Part shown: positions 1 through 14,265 of the stretch, in pieces
Layout: each line of letters opens with the position of its first letter
How positions within the stretch are numbered: the stretch's first letter is position 1
Assembly (NCBI GenBank): GCA_009914755.4
Contig: CP068257.2
Span: 23,360,001 to 23,424,000 of the forward strand
Reading direction: 5' to 3'
From: the human T2T-CHM13v2.0 reference genome, Homo sapiens
Length of the DNA stretch: 64,000 bases
The notes under the pieces: generated by a model
What the model was told of the DNA's origin: nothing
Database searches by the model: none
The model's input: the letters and a program-made list of their open reading frames with translations, nothing else
Position numbers and translations under genes: made by a program

Positions 1-763
1 AATGGAGAGGAAAATAACCTATATCTACTCCAATTTTTTTCCCTTACAGAATTATTTTCCACATAATGCCACGTTCTACCTTCTAAGCACCAAATAAAGG
101 AAAATTGATATGTGGCTTTCAGCTGCCTGTATCAAATATAAATGTAGGCAAATGAAAGAGATATGTTTAAGAAATGTGTAGATCATTTATATGTTATGAA
201 ACAACTTTGAAATATTTTTGATGTTTTATTTTGCGGCAATAATTGTCACAAAATAGGACCAAATGTGTCTGTTTAAGAAAAAAAAAAAATCAAGGACCAA
301 TGTAGAAGGGAAACCGTGCTCAGGCATAGAACGACAATATCCAGGAGACTCAGGTTATTGAAGGAGAAAACGTTAAAGAGAAATTTGGGCTTCAGAGACT
401 GTAAATGCCACATGCTATTAAACTATAAAGATTGCTTTCTGAAACTGTTTATTCCTGAAAGTGAGTGGGGAAATCTTATGGCTAAAAGGAAACAGAATAG
501 AATGAGTTTCCAGTGTGTCTTGGGATTCAGTGTTTACTTTTCACCTTATTTGCTCAGAGTAGAAGATGAAAATAGGGAGAGAAAATACAAGTTTGGCTCA
601 GAGATCCAAAACTGAAAAGAGGAGGTGGCAAGTTTAGCTAGAAAGGTCAAAGTCCTGCCGGAAGTTTGCTTTCATGTTCACTGGAGCCGAGTTGGTTCTT
701 TTTACATGAGAAATCCCTTCAAGCCACAAAATTGTGAGATACTGGAAGGAAAGTGTATTTATT

Positions 764-1100
764 AGTCCATTCTCATGCTGCTATGAAGAAATACCCAAGA
801 CTGGGTAATTTTTAAAGGAAAGAGAAATCAAATTCATATGTTTCATGATCAAACTCATAATCACAGTGCACCATCAATCACTTAATAATAAAAATGTAGA
901 TTGTCTTTCCTTAATTGAGTAGAAGGCAATTAGAACTTAGCACAAACCACTATCCCTCCCACCCATTCCCCAAAACACAGAATGGTGAAAAAGCATGAAA
1001 TTATTTCTCCCTGATGAAGACAACTGCCTTCTCCATTCTGAAAATAATTTCAAGTACCTCAACTGAGACACAATCTATTTCTAGTTCTCATGTATATTTG
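764..1100 (-). mobile_element. MaLR (THE1/MST-like) LTR, decayed, minus orientation
   Basis: Begins 'tgtatttattagtccattctcatgctgctatgaagaaatacccaagactgggtaattttTaaaggaaagag', the reverse complement of the THE1/MST LTR 3' end. Further on, '...ccctcccacccattccccaaaacacagaatgg' matches the reverse-complemented 5' part of the LTR. Confidence 0.5.
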
Positions 1101-1917
1101 TGTGAGATGGTACAACCTCTTGAATGTCATGTATTTTGTTCTGCATGTGGTCATTCTTCAAGCTTGACTATTAGATATTTTGCTCTTTTATTTCTCTCCT
1201 GTCCTTGATGAGATCTTTTTTGCCCTAATGATTCTAAAATTCACATCTCTGCCCTACCTTTTTTTGTTGCTGTTCATTTAGATTTATTTTGATTCAAAGT
1301 TCTACTTTATATTGCTTCCCATTTTACAAAAACACTATACGTGAATAAAGAAAATCATTACTTCTGGCTCTAAACCATGACCTATCTCTGGCTTCTCCCA
1401 TACTACAAATGGTAGCACAATTAACCCTTTAACCAATTTCCAAAGATGACGGTAGAAAAAGAAGCTAATTCTTCATTTCCAATTTTCAAGTTTGTAATGA
1501 TATATCTCACAGCTTCAGTCTAGATCCTCAATCTTAGTGCATCACAAAAGCAGTAACACTTGCTTTCTTGTTTTAAAATGAAATCATCATACATTGACCA
1601 CACTGATCACCATTTCCCCTTTAGGCCCTAGTTGTTATAACTTGAACTAAATGTTAACTGTAAGCTACAATACTCTCACCTACCAGCTTTGTCAGCTCTT
1701 TCCCAACTTTTCTAATTTGTGTTAATTTGGCAAGCTGTTTTCACAATTTGAATTTTACTATTATATAACCTGCCTATAATTTTGTCTTCATTCCTTGAAA
1801 ATGCTATTTTAAGTCTCACATTCTTCGCCATGTATTCTGTGCAAAAAGTTCTACTTGATTCTAGGTCATTGCAGCACTCTGGCATCTCACATTTATTTAA
1901 AGAGAGAAAGCTAGCTA

Positions 1918-2172
<255 letters not shown>

Positions 2173-2195
2173 TCATTTAAGTTATTTAGCTATAT

Positions 2196-2235
2196 TCTTA
2201 AAGAATATTCTTTGTTCTTTAAGAATATTCTTTGA
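2196..2235. repeat. 20-bp tandem duplication (tcttaaagaatattctttgt / tctttaagaatattctttga)
   Basis: Two adjacent near-identical 20-mers immediately 3' of the truncated Alu. Confidence 0.7.
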
Positions 2236-2639
2236 CTTTTCTAAATATTTCATACGATAGTTTTATGGGTGAGAGTTTTAAAATAAAATCTATCACAATA
2301 AAATAAATTTATTTTTATTTTAAACTCTGAACAATTTTCCAAATACTTGAGGCAGAAAGTTTTCTCTCTCCACATTGACTCTCCATACAATAAGTACATG
2401 TAATTTATTCTAGTGAAAAGATTCCTACTCAACATTGGAGATCAATATGCCTTTACTGAAACCATTCAAGCATTCAAAAAATATTCATTGTCCAACACCT
2501 GTACCCAACTAGGATCATTAACTCAGACTGGTTAAGGAAAGACAAATAAAACAAGTCATGTATTCCCCTGCCTTCATAGAGTTCATGTTATGAAGGGGCA
2601 GACAGAAAGCAGATAGTAAAAACATAAATAATGTTTATA

Positions 2640-3056
2640 ATTGGCTGAAATGCATAACACCCTGACTCATATGTTAAAACCCTAATCCTCAGTACCTTAG
2701 TGTGTGCTGTATTTGGAGACAAGACCTTAACAGAGGGGATTAAGTTAAAATGAAGCCATTATGGTAGGTCCTAATCCCATCTGACTATTGCCCTTTCCAA
2801 GAAAAGGAAATTGGACATGTGAAGAGGCATTAAGGGTGCCCATGCCCAGAGGGCCAACCATGAGGAGAGACACAACATGGCGGCCATCCACAAGTCAAGG
2901 AGAGAAGCTTCAGGAGAAACCAACCCTGCTGGCACTTTGATCTTGGACTTCCAGCCTGCAGAGCTGTAAGGAAGTAAATATCTGTTGTTTAAGCCATCCA
3001 ATATGTGACATTTTGTTATAGTCGCCCTAGCAAATAAATATAGCACCAAACAGTGA
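2640..3056 (+). mobile_element. MLT-type (MaLR/ERVL, MLT1/MLT2-like) solitary LTR
   Basis: '...gggattaagttaaaatgaagccattatggtaggtcctaatcc...caaccctgctggcactttgatcttggacttccagcctgcagagctgtaa...tctgttgtttaagccatcc...ttttgttatagtcgccctagcaaataaata' matches the MLT LTR body and 3' end. Confidence 0.6.
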
Positions 3057-3842
3057 TACATCCTACAAAAAACAGAAAAGAAGGGATGGATGTGATCTGA
3101 CTTTAGAGGTTGTAGAAGTCTCTTTGAGGAGCTGACATTTGAGTTGAGACATGAATTTTAAAAAGAATTTTTGAGGAAGCTGACATTTGAGCTGCTAAGT
3201 GAATTACGAGATCATTTGGGTGAAGATAAACTATAAAGTGCAAAGTCCCTACGGCGAGACAAGCTTGGCTTGCTCTGACAGCGAAAAGGCCAGGGTGAGT
3301 GGAGTTAGTGAGCATGGGGGAAATTGTGGTCTAAGATGAGGAAAAATCAAAAACAGTCCAGCTGTCACTGGGTCTTGTAGGCAGGGAGAGGAGTTTATGT
3401 TGTCACTCTGAGATGAGTCATTGAAAGATATTAAGCAATCCTTTTAAGTCTGGTTTAAATTTAAGTGAAAAAATTAAAAAAGCACGCAGAGACGGCTTCC
3501 TTTTCTAAATATCCCCCAGGTATGATTTTGCTCTCATCCTGCTCAAAACGGAGTAGCCATCTTTAAAAAACAAACAAACAAACAAAAAAAAACATTTGAA
3601 TTTCTAATATTGTGCACAAAACTTTCAAATAAAAACAGCTTTACTGTGCTTTACTATATTTTATAGAGAGGAAACTCATTTCTAAACCATCTTTTAAGAA
3701 TTAGCAGTATGCCCAGAGATAGAGAAATACTACATCTTTTATTTTGTGCTCTATTTAAATCAAATTAATTTTATATTCCCTAGTCATTATAAAGCCCATA
3801 ATTATTTAGTTAATTGGACTATAGGACAAACATAATGGATAC

Positions 3843-4138
3843 TTTTTTTTCTTTTTTTTTTTTTTTTACAGAGTCTTGCTCTGTCACCTAGGCTGGAGTA
3901 CAGTGGTGTGATCTTGGCTCACTGCAAGCTCCACCTCCTGGGTTCAAGGATTCTCCCACCTCAGCCTCCCGAGTAGCTGGGATTACAGACACCTGCCATC
4001 ATGCCCAGCTAAATTTTGTAGTTTTGTAGAGATGGGGTTTCATCATGTTGGCCAGGCTGGTCTTGAACTCCAGACCTCAAGTGATCCATCTACCTCCCAA
4101 AGTGCTGGGATTACAGTTTTGAGCCACTGCACCTGGCC
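3843..4138 (-). mobile_element. Alu SINE, minus orientation, with TSD
   Basis: Leading poly-T, then 'gagtcttgctctgtcacctaggctggagtacagtgg...ggattacag..gagccactgcacctggcc'. Flanking direct repeat 'atggatact' at about 3834-3842 and 4142-4150. Confidence 0.9.
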
Positions 4139-4720
4139 ACCATGGATACTTTCAGTTGATAATTTGTGAGTTTTTGCTTACAGCATTTTGTTGATTAGTC
4201 TTAAAATATCGTGTAGAAAGCATTGATACAAGAATCTATCACAGAGTGTTAGTAATTTAAAAAGTTATTGTTAGTAAAATATAACAAATGAAATATATTT
4301 AGAAGTAAAATACTACACTACTAATATAGAGATTCCTCAGGATGAGAGTTGAGTGTCTGCAGATACTACATTTTAGATATCTCCAAGAAAGAGCTCAGGT
4401 TTTATGATTTTTTTTTCTGTTATGAGTTGAGTGTATTACATAGAGATGCTCAATTTTAACCACAGAGGGCCTCTTTATTTACTTGGCGGATTATTAAATA
4501 TTCTGCTTTTTTCCCACTCTACTCTGTAAGAGTAACATGATTGTTATCAAGCGGAAGAGGCTTGCTGCCCAATGTTCTAGAAGCCAATACTATGACACCA
4601 GGTTCTTAAAAAAAAAAAAGCTTTGTATTGAAAGTCAACTCCCAACGTGAGAGAGTGTTAAGCTCAAATCTATCTCTCTGTCTTGGCTTCAAACAGTATT
4701 TGTATTAGAAAAGTTTCAGA

Positions 4721-5784
<1,064 letters not shown>

Positions 5785-6784
5785 CTTAATTATAAATATG
5801 ATGTCACTAGTTTATGTATTTACTATACTACACTTTTTATCATTATTTTATAGTAAACTTCACTTCTATTTATTACAAAAAGAAGTTACATGTAAAATAA
5901 CATCAGACAGGTCCTTCAGAAGATATGCAAGAAACAGGTATTGTTATCTTGAGATGGCAGCTCGAGGTTTGTTACTGTCCTTGAACAGCTTCCAGTGGAC
6001 AAGATGTGGAGGTGGCAGACAGTGACATTGATCATTCTGACCCTGTGTAGGCTAATGTATGTGTATGTATCTTAATTTGTAACCAAAACAAGTGTAAACA
6101 TTTTTTAAAAAATCAAAAAATAGACAAATGCTTGTAGAATAAGGACATAAAGAAGGAAAATCTCTTTGTACAGCTGTACAACATGTTTGTGTTTTTAGCT
6201 AAATGTTAATGCAAAAGCATCAAAAAAGTTAAAAAATATAAAAGTTTATGAAGTAAAAAGCTTTCAGTGGGTAAAGTTAACATATTATTGTAGAAAAAAA
6301 TCTGTATTTTATAAATTTGATGTGGCCTAAGTGTATAGTGTTTATAAGTCTACAGTCGTGTACAGTAATGTCCTACGACTTCATGTTCAATCACCCCTCA
6401 CTCATTGACTCACCTAGAAAAACTTCTGGTCCTGCAAGCTCCATTCTTGGTAAATGCCCTATACAGGTGTACCATTTTTTATCTTCCATATCATTTTTAC
6501 AGTAGCTTTTCTATGTTTAAGGATATTTTGATGCACAAATACTTATCATTGTATTACAATTGCCTTCAGTTGTTGGTACAGTAACATGCTGTACAGCTTT
6601 GTAGCCCAGGAGCAATAGGCTATGCCTTATAGCCTAGGTCTGCAATAGGGTATACAATCTAAGTTTGTGTAAAAACACTCTAGGATATTCACATAGTGAT
6701 GAGATTGCCTGAGGACACATTTCTCAAAACACTCTGTATGTAAATTCTACAAAAACTCATGTGTTACATTTCTATGCAAGTCTC
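5785..6784 (+). mobile_element. Probable MaLR internal (THE1-int/MST-int-like) region downstream of the LTR
   Basis: Contiguous with the LTR. 'cagctttgtagcccaggagcaataggctatgccttatagcctaggtctgcaatagggtatacaatctaagtttgtgtaaaaacactctaggatattcacatagtgatgagattgcctgaggacacatttctcaaaacac' resembles the MaLR internal consensus. Cut off by the Alu at 6785. Confidence 0.45.
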
Positions 6785-7148
<364 letters not shown>

Positions 7149-8240
7149 TCACATTTGTAGCACCTTTATTTTGGCTCTGTTTACATCACACCTTCCCTAA
7201 CAGGGTCAACTTGCTCAGATCTCTAAAACCAAGTACTTATCACCTGAAAACTCCTTTGAGATTCTTTTGTAATATGCATATTCCAAAGTCAATGTCAACA
7301 TATTAAGATGTTACTTATTTTAATCTGTAAACAATCATTAACATATAGTATATTTGTAGACAAATATACTTTGATTTTCTAAGCATTTATCTCTCAAGCA
7401 ACAAAACATCCCAAAAATGATTTGTAATTTTATGTTCAAATTTTTTTCATTGTCAAAGCACGCAGAAACACACATTTTCTGAATTAGTCCACATTTTTTA
7501 TCTTCCAATTATTATCTAGAACTTTTTTCAGTATTGTTCTTATAAAATAGTAACATCTTCTTGCTACAGTCAGAAAATGTAAATGTTTAGGCCAAAATAA
7601 TTGGAGAAAATATAATGACTCAAAACACTATTCAGAGAAAGGGCATGATATGGGAGGGTTTTTGTGGACAGAGAGTGCAAGAACTTTTCGATAGGGGAGA
7701 TCTAAACTTACATTTTCAGAAAAGAAAAGGAAAACAGATAAATATCAAGAACATATTTTAATTAACTGCTGAAAATCCTAATTAAATAACTATGCACTTG
7801 TTAATTTCATAAGATGCATTATACAACCAAAAGATATTTTGCCAGTGATGATAAAATGCCTAATCACCTGGGTAAGTCTTAGATTCCCCAGAGAAGATGC
7901 AGAATGTATCTTTTAGTATCAGGTCAGCGAGTCAAATTTCTCTAGAGGTTAATATCATTAGAAATTTCAGTGCCTGAAACATGTCATATTTGTGTTTTAT
8001 TCACAAAGATGACAGATTGCTCAGGTCTCTACCAAATCTAGTATTTTTCTGTCCTAGTTTCAATAATAGGTTGCTGCTTCAGATCAATATAGCAAGCAAA
8101 TTAAATCATAAAGCTCAAAAAGAGAAAGGAATTCTGTTGCTATCCATCTCATCACAAAATATCCTCACCATTACTTCAAAATTGAATTCATGGCTTCATG
8201 AAATATCACTTACATTCAATCATAAATTGAAATACTGGCA

Positions 8241-8277
8241 TATATATATATACACACACACATACACACATGCATAT
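8241..8277. repeat. (TA)n(CA)n compound microsatellite
   Basis: 'tatatatatatacacacacacatacacacatgcatat'. Confidence 0.9.
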
Positions 8278-8683
8278 TTATTAGTTGCTTTTGTGTACAT
8301 TTTCTCTTTAACTCTCACTTCATTCCCATAACATAGGCATGTAATAATAAATTATTAATTTTTAAAGTTTAGGTCTGTGTTACTGATTGTGTTCTATATG
8401 ACAGCCATTATGTAGGTGTTGAAATGCAACAACAAGTTTAAAAAAAAAAAAACAGCAAATATCCTTACACTGAGAGAGACTAGAATGGAACAGGGACTGA
8501 ATAGTAAGTGTTAAATGAAAAATCACACAAATAAATGTAAAATTGCAATTCTGATAAGTGTTAGAAGGCAAATACAAGATTCCTAACAAGAGAATTTGAA
8601 CTACTCACATATTTAAATGGAAAGTGTCCTGTGATTATTGAATTGAGATCTAAAAGATGAAGGAGTGAAAAGGAGTGTTCCTT

Positions 8684-9222
8684 TCTTAGGGCTGCTGTAA
8701 CAAAGAACCACAAGCTGAGTGACTTAAAGAAACAAACATTTATTCTCTCACAGTTCTATAGGATAGAAGTCTTGTGATGGAGCAAGTAGGGGCATTTGAT
8801 ATGGAAAGGGTTGATTTAGGGAGACCAATTAGTGAACCAGAATTGTAAAGGATTGAGATGTAGTTAGACATAAAATGACAGGTTCTGGAAATGGATTAGT
8901 AAAAGGTATGAGGAAAATAGAGTTATCAAGAATGATTCAGTGTTCCTTGGCTTGTGGCAGCCAAGATGTTCCAATCTTGGCCTTCATCATGACATGGCAT
9001 TCTCCCCTTGTATCTCCACATTATCTTTTGTGCATGCATGCCTCTGTGTCCAAATTTTCCCTTATCCTAACAACAGTCATATTGAATTCAGGCCCATCCT
9101 AATGACCTCATTGCAACTTGATTACATCTGTGAAGATCTTATTCTGAAATAAGCTCACATTCACAGATATGGGGGTTAGAATTAAACATATTTTTGAGGG
9201 ACACAATTCATCCCATAACAGA
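8684..9222 (-). mobile_element. MLT-type (MaLR) LTR, minus orientation, split by a roughly 168-bp unrelated insert
   Basis: 5' piece 'ttagggctgctgtaacaaagaaccacaagctgagtgacttaaagaaacaaacatttattctctcacagttctataggatagaagtc' is the reverse complement of the MLT 3' end. 3' piece '...cagtcatattgaattcaggcccatcctaatgacctcatt...gggggttagaattaaacatatttttgagggacacaattcatcccataacag'. Confidence 0.6.
8779..8946 (+). repeat. Local duplication, copy 1 (inside the MLT LTR)
   Basis: 'ggagcaagtaggggcatttgatatggaaagggttgatttagggagacc...gagatgtagttagacataaaatgacaggttctggaaatggattagtaaaaggtatgaggaaaatagagttatcaagaatgattc' is about 90% identical to the segment at 9449-9650. Confidence 0.7.
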
Positions 9223-9448
9223 GAGGGTAGTTAGCATTTCAGGTCAAGGGCCCATGGCTGGAGAGAACCTGATGCATTTGGGTAACTGATGTGGCCAGAT
9301 CAAAGAGAAGAATGACATGAAATGGAATTGTACATGAAGGCAAGGAGATGGAGGCCAAGATAAAACCAACAGAAAGCATTTGAAAAGTTTGTAAGGGTAG
9401 ATGGCAACTTTGGCTTCAGTGCTTAGAATGGATCATATGAATATGTGT

Positions 9449-9650
9449 TGGAGCAAGTAGGTGCATTTGATATGGAAAGGGTTGATTTGGGGAGGCCTGT
9501 TAGGAAACTATTAGAGTCATCCAGGTGAACCAGAAGTGGATACGATCGAGATGTAGTTAGACATAAAATGACAGGTTCTGGAGATGGATTAGCAAAAGGT
9601 ATGAGGAAAACAGGGTTATGAAGAATGATTCCCTTGTTTCCAAGTTGCAA
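9449..9650 (+). repeat. Local duplication, copy 2 (carries an extra internal segment of about 25 bp)
   Basis: 'ggagcaagtaggtgcatttgatatggaaagggttgatttggggaggcc...gagatgtagttagacataaaatgacaggttctggagatggattagcaaaaggtatgaggaaaacagggttatgaagaatgattc'. Confidence 0.7.
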
Positions 9651-9999
9651 AATTAGGAAGAAGACAGTGTCATTTGGGGAGGTTAAAAATTACCATTTGA
9701 TATATAAGATTAGGGAGATTGTGAATTCAAGTTTAGGTGTCAAGTGTGAGGTTGCGTAGAGTAGACCAAGAGGAGATATTTTGTAGGGAGTTAACTAAAT
9801 ATGTGAAGCGTCCAAAGAAATCAAGGTTAATTTTCATTAAGTTTAATTGTGGGGTCATCGGTGTCATTCAAGGTAGTTGAAATTCTGTCTCCTATAAGCT
9901 TATATTTATAATATGTTATTTAAGATTTGTAAAAATGTAAAAAGAACCAATATGAAGACTTTATTAATTAATTCATTTTCTAATTGAGGTAAAATTCAC

Positions 10000-10290
10000 A
10001 TAATATAAAAGTAACCATTTAAAATTGTACAATGCAATGGCGTAAGTACATTTACAGTGTTGTGTAACCACCACCTCTCTATCTAATTCCAAACTATTTT
10101 CATCTCCCCAAAAGAAATCTCTGTACGCAATAAAGCAATTACTCTCTACCCTCCCTTCCCCCTATCCCCCGGAAATTGCCAATTGGCTTTTTGTTTCTGT
10201 GGATTTACCTATTCTGGGTGTTTTATGAAAGGTCACATATTATATATGAATTCATTGTTTATGATCTTTATTATAAACACCAAGTAAAAG
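10000..10290 (-). mobile_element. Ancient LINE-1 3'UTR fragment, minus orientation
   Basis: 'cacataatataaaagtaaccatttaaaattgtacaatgcaatggcgtaagtacatttacagtgttgtgtaaccaccacc...ctctgtacgcaataaagcaattactc...cccttccccc' matches the reverse complement of the L1M/L1P 3'UTR ('...ggtggttgcacaac...cactgaactgtacacttaaaaatggtta...'). Confidence 0.5.
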
Positions 10291-13200
10291 TATGACACCT
10301 TGGAAAATGAAATTAACTCACAGCTTTTGTAATCACCAGAGGCTTGTTTTCATGAGAATTTATTAAATCTGATAAAACTCGTGTTCCTTTGCTTATTGCT
10401 AAATACCTACAGTTGACAAGCATTTCCTAGGGTGCAATCAGAAAGTGTAACTGAAATAAACTAGTATGATTAATTTTGCAGTATCCATGTAATGTATTTA
10501 ACACTTAAACAGGACTTACCATAACCCAGTAATATTCTAAGTTCCTTACAAACATTAATTCTCTTGACTTTGATTTCTACCCTATGAGATAGGTCTAGTG
10601 TTTTCTATTTTACAGATAAGGAATTTAAGGCATAAAGATTTACACAGAGATTATGTGGAAAATCCGGTAAGTTTGGCTCCAAATCTATCTTCTTCAGATA
10701 ATCTGCATTATTGCTCTCATTTATTGACTAACTACTGTGTAAAAGGACTATCTATCACCAACCATTGCCATGGGATTTACAGGGCCTCTTAGGGGAGCAG
10801 TATATGTCTTTGGCCCATTGACTTGGCTTAGCCTCATAACATACTTTGGTCAATTTAATGAAAAGATATGATGCATTCCAGTTCTGAGCAGAAGCTTTAA
10901 GAATCTTATGTGTTTCCACCAGTTGTCTATTTTTCTGGCACAAAATGACATGTCCTAGATGAGGAATGATCTTTCAGTCTAAGGCCCATAATGAAAGACA
11001 CTTGGAGAAGAAAAACTCTACAGCCCCGAAAACACTATGTGAAAAATAAATAACCTATTATTTTCATCCACTACCGTTTATGAACTTGTTGTTCTCACTT
11101 AGCTGAAGATGACCATTACTGTTCTTAATCACTGGGCTACATATTTTTTCAAATATCTTGTTCGTTTCTTAAAGGTCAAAGTTATAGCTAAGACACTGAA
11201 TGTTTTAGTGCCACACCATCATGACACCATTTCTTCTTGAAAGCAGACATTGTTTTGTTAATTCCAACTTTCATTTTAAAATGTACACAGTTTTTCAGAG
11301 TCCATTGGACAACTGAGTATCTTCTAATTATTTTAATAAGAATCCCTCGTATAAAATTAAGTCTACTTTCAAAACTTCAGTGTGTCTAAAATTTAATGAT
11401 TTTATATTTATTCTTAGATTGTACAAAGAACTTAAGGGGCTGACTCATTTAATTCTTATGAAATGATTTTAATAACAGAATTCAAATAATAAAGCAAAAT
11501 TTTCCATTTTTTTCTTATTTATGGCATACATAAATATCTACATTTTCTATATAATTAATCCATATTATTTCTTTTTTCTGTTCTTCCTTATTCTTTTCAT
11601 AAATTTTTCTTTAACATTTATTCAACAATGACAATCACTACAGAATACTTTTTAGGACTTAGGACAGGGCCTGTCACATTGTAAGAATGTAATAAAGGTA
11701 TAAAGAATCAATTACTGAATGCTTCATTAAATAAATGAATACATGGTATGAAAGTTGTCAAAATCAAAAGTCATTTCTGTTTAAAAAAAAAAAAAGAAAC
11801 AAGCTAACAAAAAAGACAAATAGAGCCAGGGAAGGCCAAAATAGAAGAGTTCTTACGCATAAATGCCTGATAACAAAAACTACCACAAAAGACTCTGCAA
11901 AGAGAAGCTTGCACAAAGGCCATCGCAAACTTACATCAAAAATATGTCTGCGAAAACACGTGCCCAGCCACTGCCTGTGCACCCTCAGACTGGCATCACC
12001 GTTGTTGTTAAGCCTTATAGCAAAGAATAATTATCTCAAAATGATGGCATAATCATCCTCATTTTTAAAAAGTCTTTTTTACCTCCTTGAATATGCGTAT
12101 CGTTTACTATGATACTCATATTCCCTTTACAATGCCTTAGTTTTGAATAAATATGATTTTGTTTTAGAGAGCCTCTCTCTGTTTGTTATTTAGGTTTACA
12201 ATACATGTAACATTTATAAAACTGAGTAGGCATGAAGGATGATTTATAGTAAAATAAAAAACACGGTATGTGCTCCTATCTCCTTTTTTAAAACACAGAA
12301 TACTTATTCTCTAGGCAGTTTCTCTCTGTTTTCTTCAGGATTTGTTTGCTTCAATCTCTTATAGTTTTGTTTTTTTCATTCTCTCATTCAAAAAAATGGG
12401 TCAAAATGGTTCACTTCACCCCTCTTCAATTTCTTCACACTTCTGTGTTCTAATCTGTTTCTACTCACAACAATTCTGACATCAAATGTGTAGGAGATTT
12501 TCCTATACCAACTAATTCTCCAACTCTCCGCACATCAACTGGGCGCTCTGTTATTCCGTTCAATTCTGACACTAGCCACCTGAAATGAGTGCAGACCCCA
12601 CAGGTTAAAGACTCAGTCCCCCCACTTCAGATGCCAATCCAAAATCCTAAGCCTCTCATACTTCTGGCTGATTGGCTACAAATTGAAGCTTCCCATGACG
12701 TCCTCTTCAGGTTTAATAATTTACAAAAACAGCCAACATGATAAGCAATAGCTATAAAACTTTACTTTCTATTACTAGTTTATAAAGGATAAAAATTATT
12801 ACCAGTTTATTACAAATGATACAAATGAACAACCAGATGAGGAGGTACATAGAATGAGGTCTGAAAAGATCCCTAGCACAGAAGTTTCTGTCTCCATGGA
12901 ATTGGAGTAGGCCACTCTTGTGGCACATGGATTTACGTGCCAACACAGAGGTCTTCTAAACCCCACTCTTTAGAAATTTATATGAAGGTTCCATTGTGTA
13001 GGCATGATTAATTATATTATTGACTGTTGGTGATTAAACTCAATCTTCAGCTCCCTCTTTCCTCCCCGGAGGTCCAGGGGTGGAACTGAAAGTTCCATCC
13101 CTTACATTATAAGCCTCTTTCATGACTAGTCTCTATCCTGCAGGTATCCAGAAGCCCTGCCATCCAAGAGTCATTCATTAGGATACCAAAGCCAATCCTA

Positions 13201-13929
13201 TGACTCAGAAAATTCCAAGTGTCTTAGAAGCCTTATATCAGAAACCAAGGACAAAGAACAAATATTACAACAAAAGATGCTTCTCTCATTCCAATCACTC
13301 ATGAAATTATATAGCTTCCCGGAGCTCTATGCTATGAACCTGGTAATGAAGACCAAATATATATTTCTTATCACAGTATCACAGATTTGCACGGGGACCC
13401 ATTTTCATTGTCTCTTAATTAAATAATCAAGTACAACATTTCTTAACATTTTCATTTTCCTGAAAAAAATGTAATCATTATTATTTAAAAATTTCCTCAC
13501 TGATTATGTATGTTTATTAAATACCCACTACAGGCCAAGCAGGGTGCTTGGTTAGTCTCAAAAGTATGTTTCTAAAAAATTATCCAGATTGCTACATTGC
13601 CATTTTCTTGAAGGTTTCTAATTCCCATGATTTCTGTAAATTACACTTGATGATCCACTAATGTATGTTCATCGGGCTTTTATCAAGGTTTGAGCTCCCC
13701 ATCGCCTCTAAAAACTCATCAGAAGGAACAGTTTTAAAAACGAAAATAAATTGCTTATTTCAAATTTAAGAACTGAATAAGAATTCCAAAATCAATGAAC
13801 GCACAAGTCACTAACCAGAAATATAATTACAATCATTTTTTAAATCAAGACCATATAAAATATTTGATTTGGGGAATTAGAAGGATAATGCCTTGAAGGA
13901 ATACCTGAGTTGAAGAACAATGTTTTTTA

Positions 13930-14265
<336 letters not shown>

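Noticed and set aside
12440-13400. Possible additional ancient LTR or repeat
   Set aside because: The sequence has the feel of an old LTR, for instance '...tccagaagccctgccatccaagagtcattcattaggataccaaagccaatcc...'. I could not match it to a consensus I can reproduce, so I did not list it.
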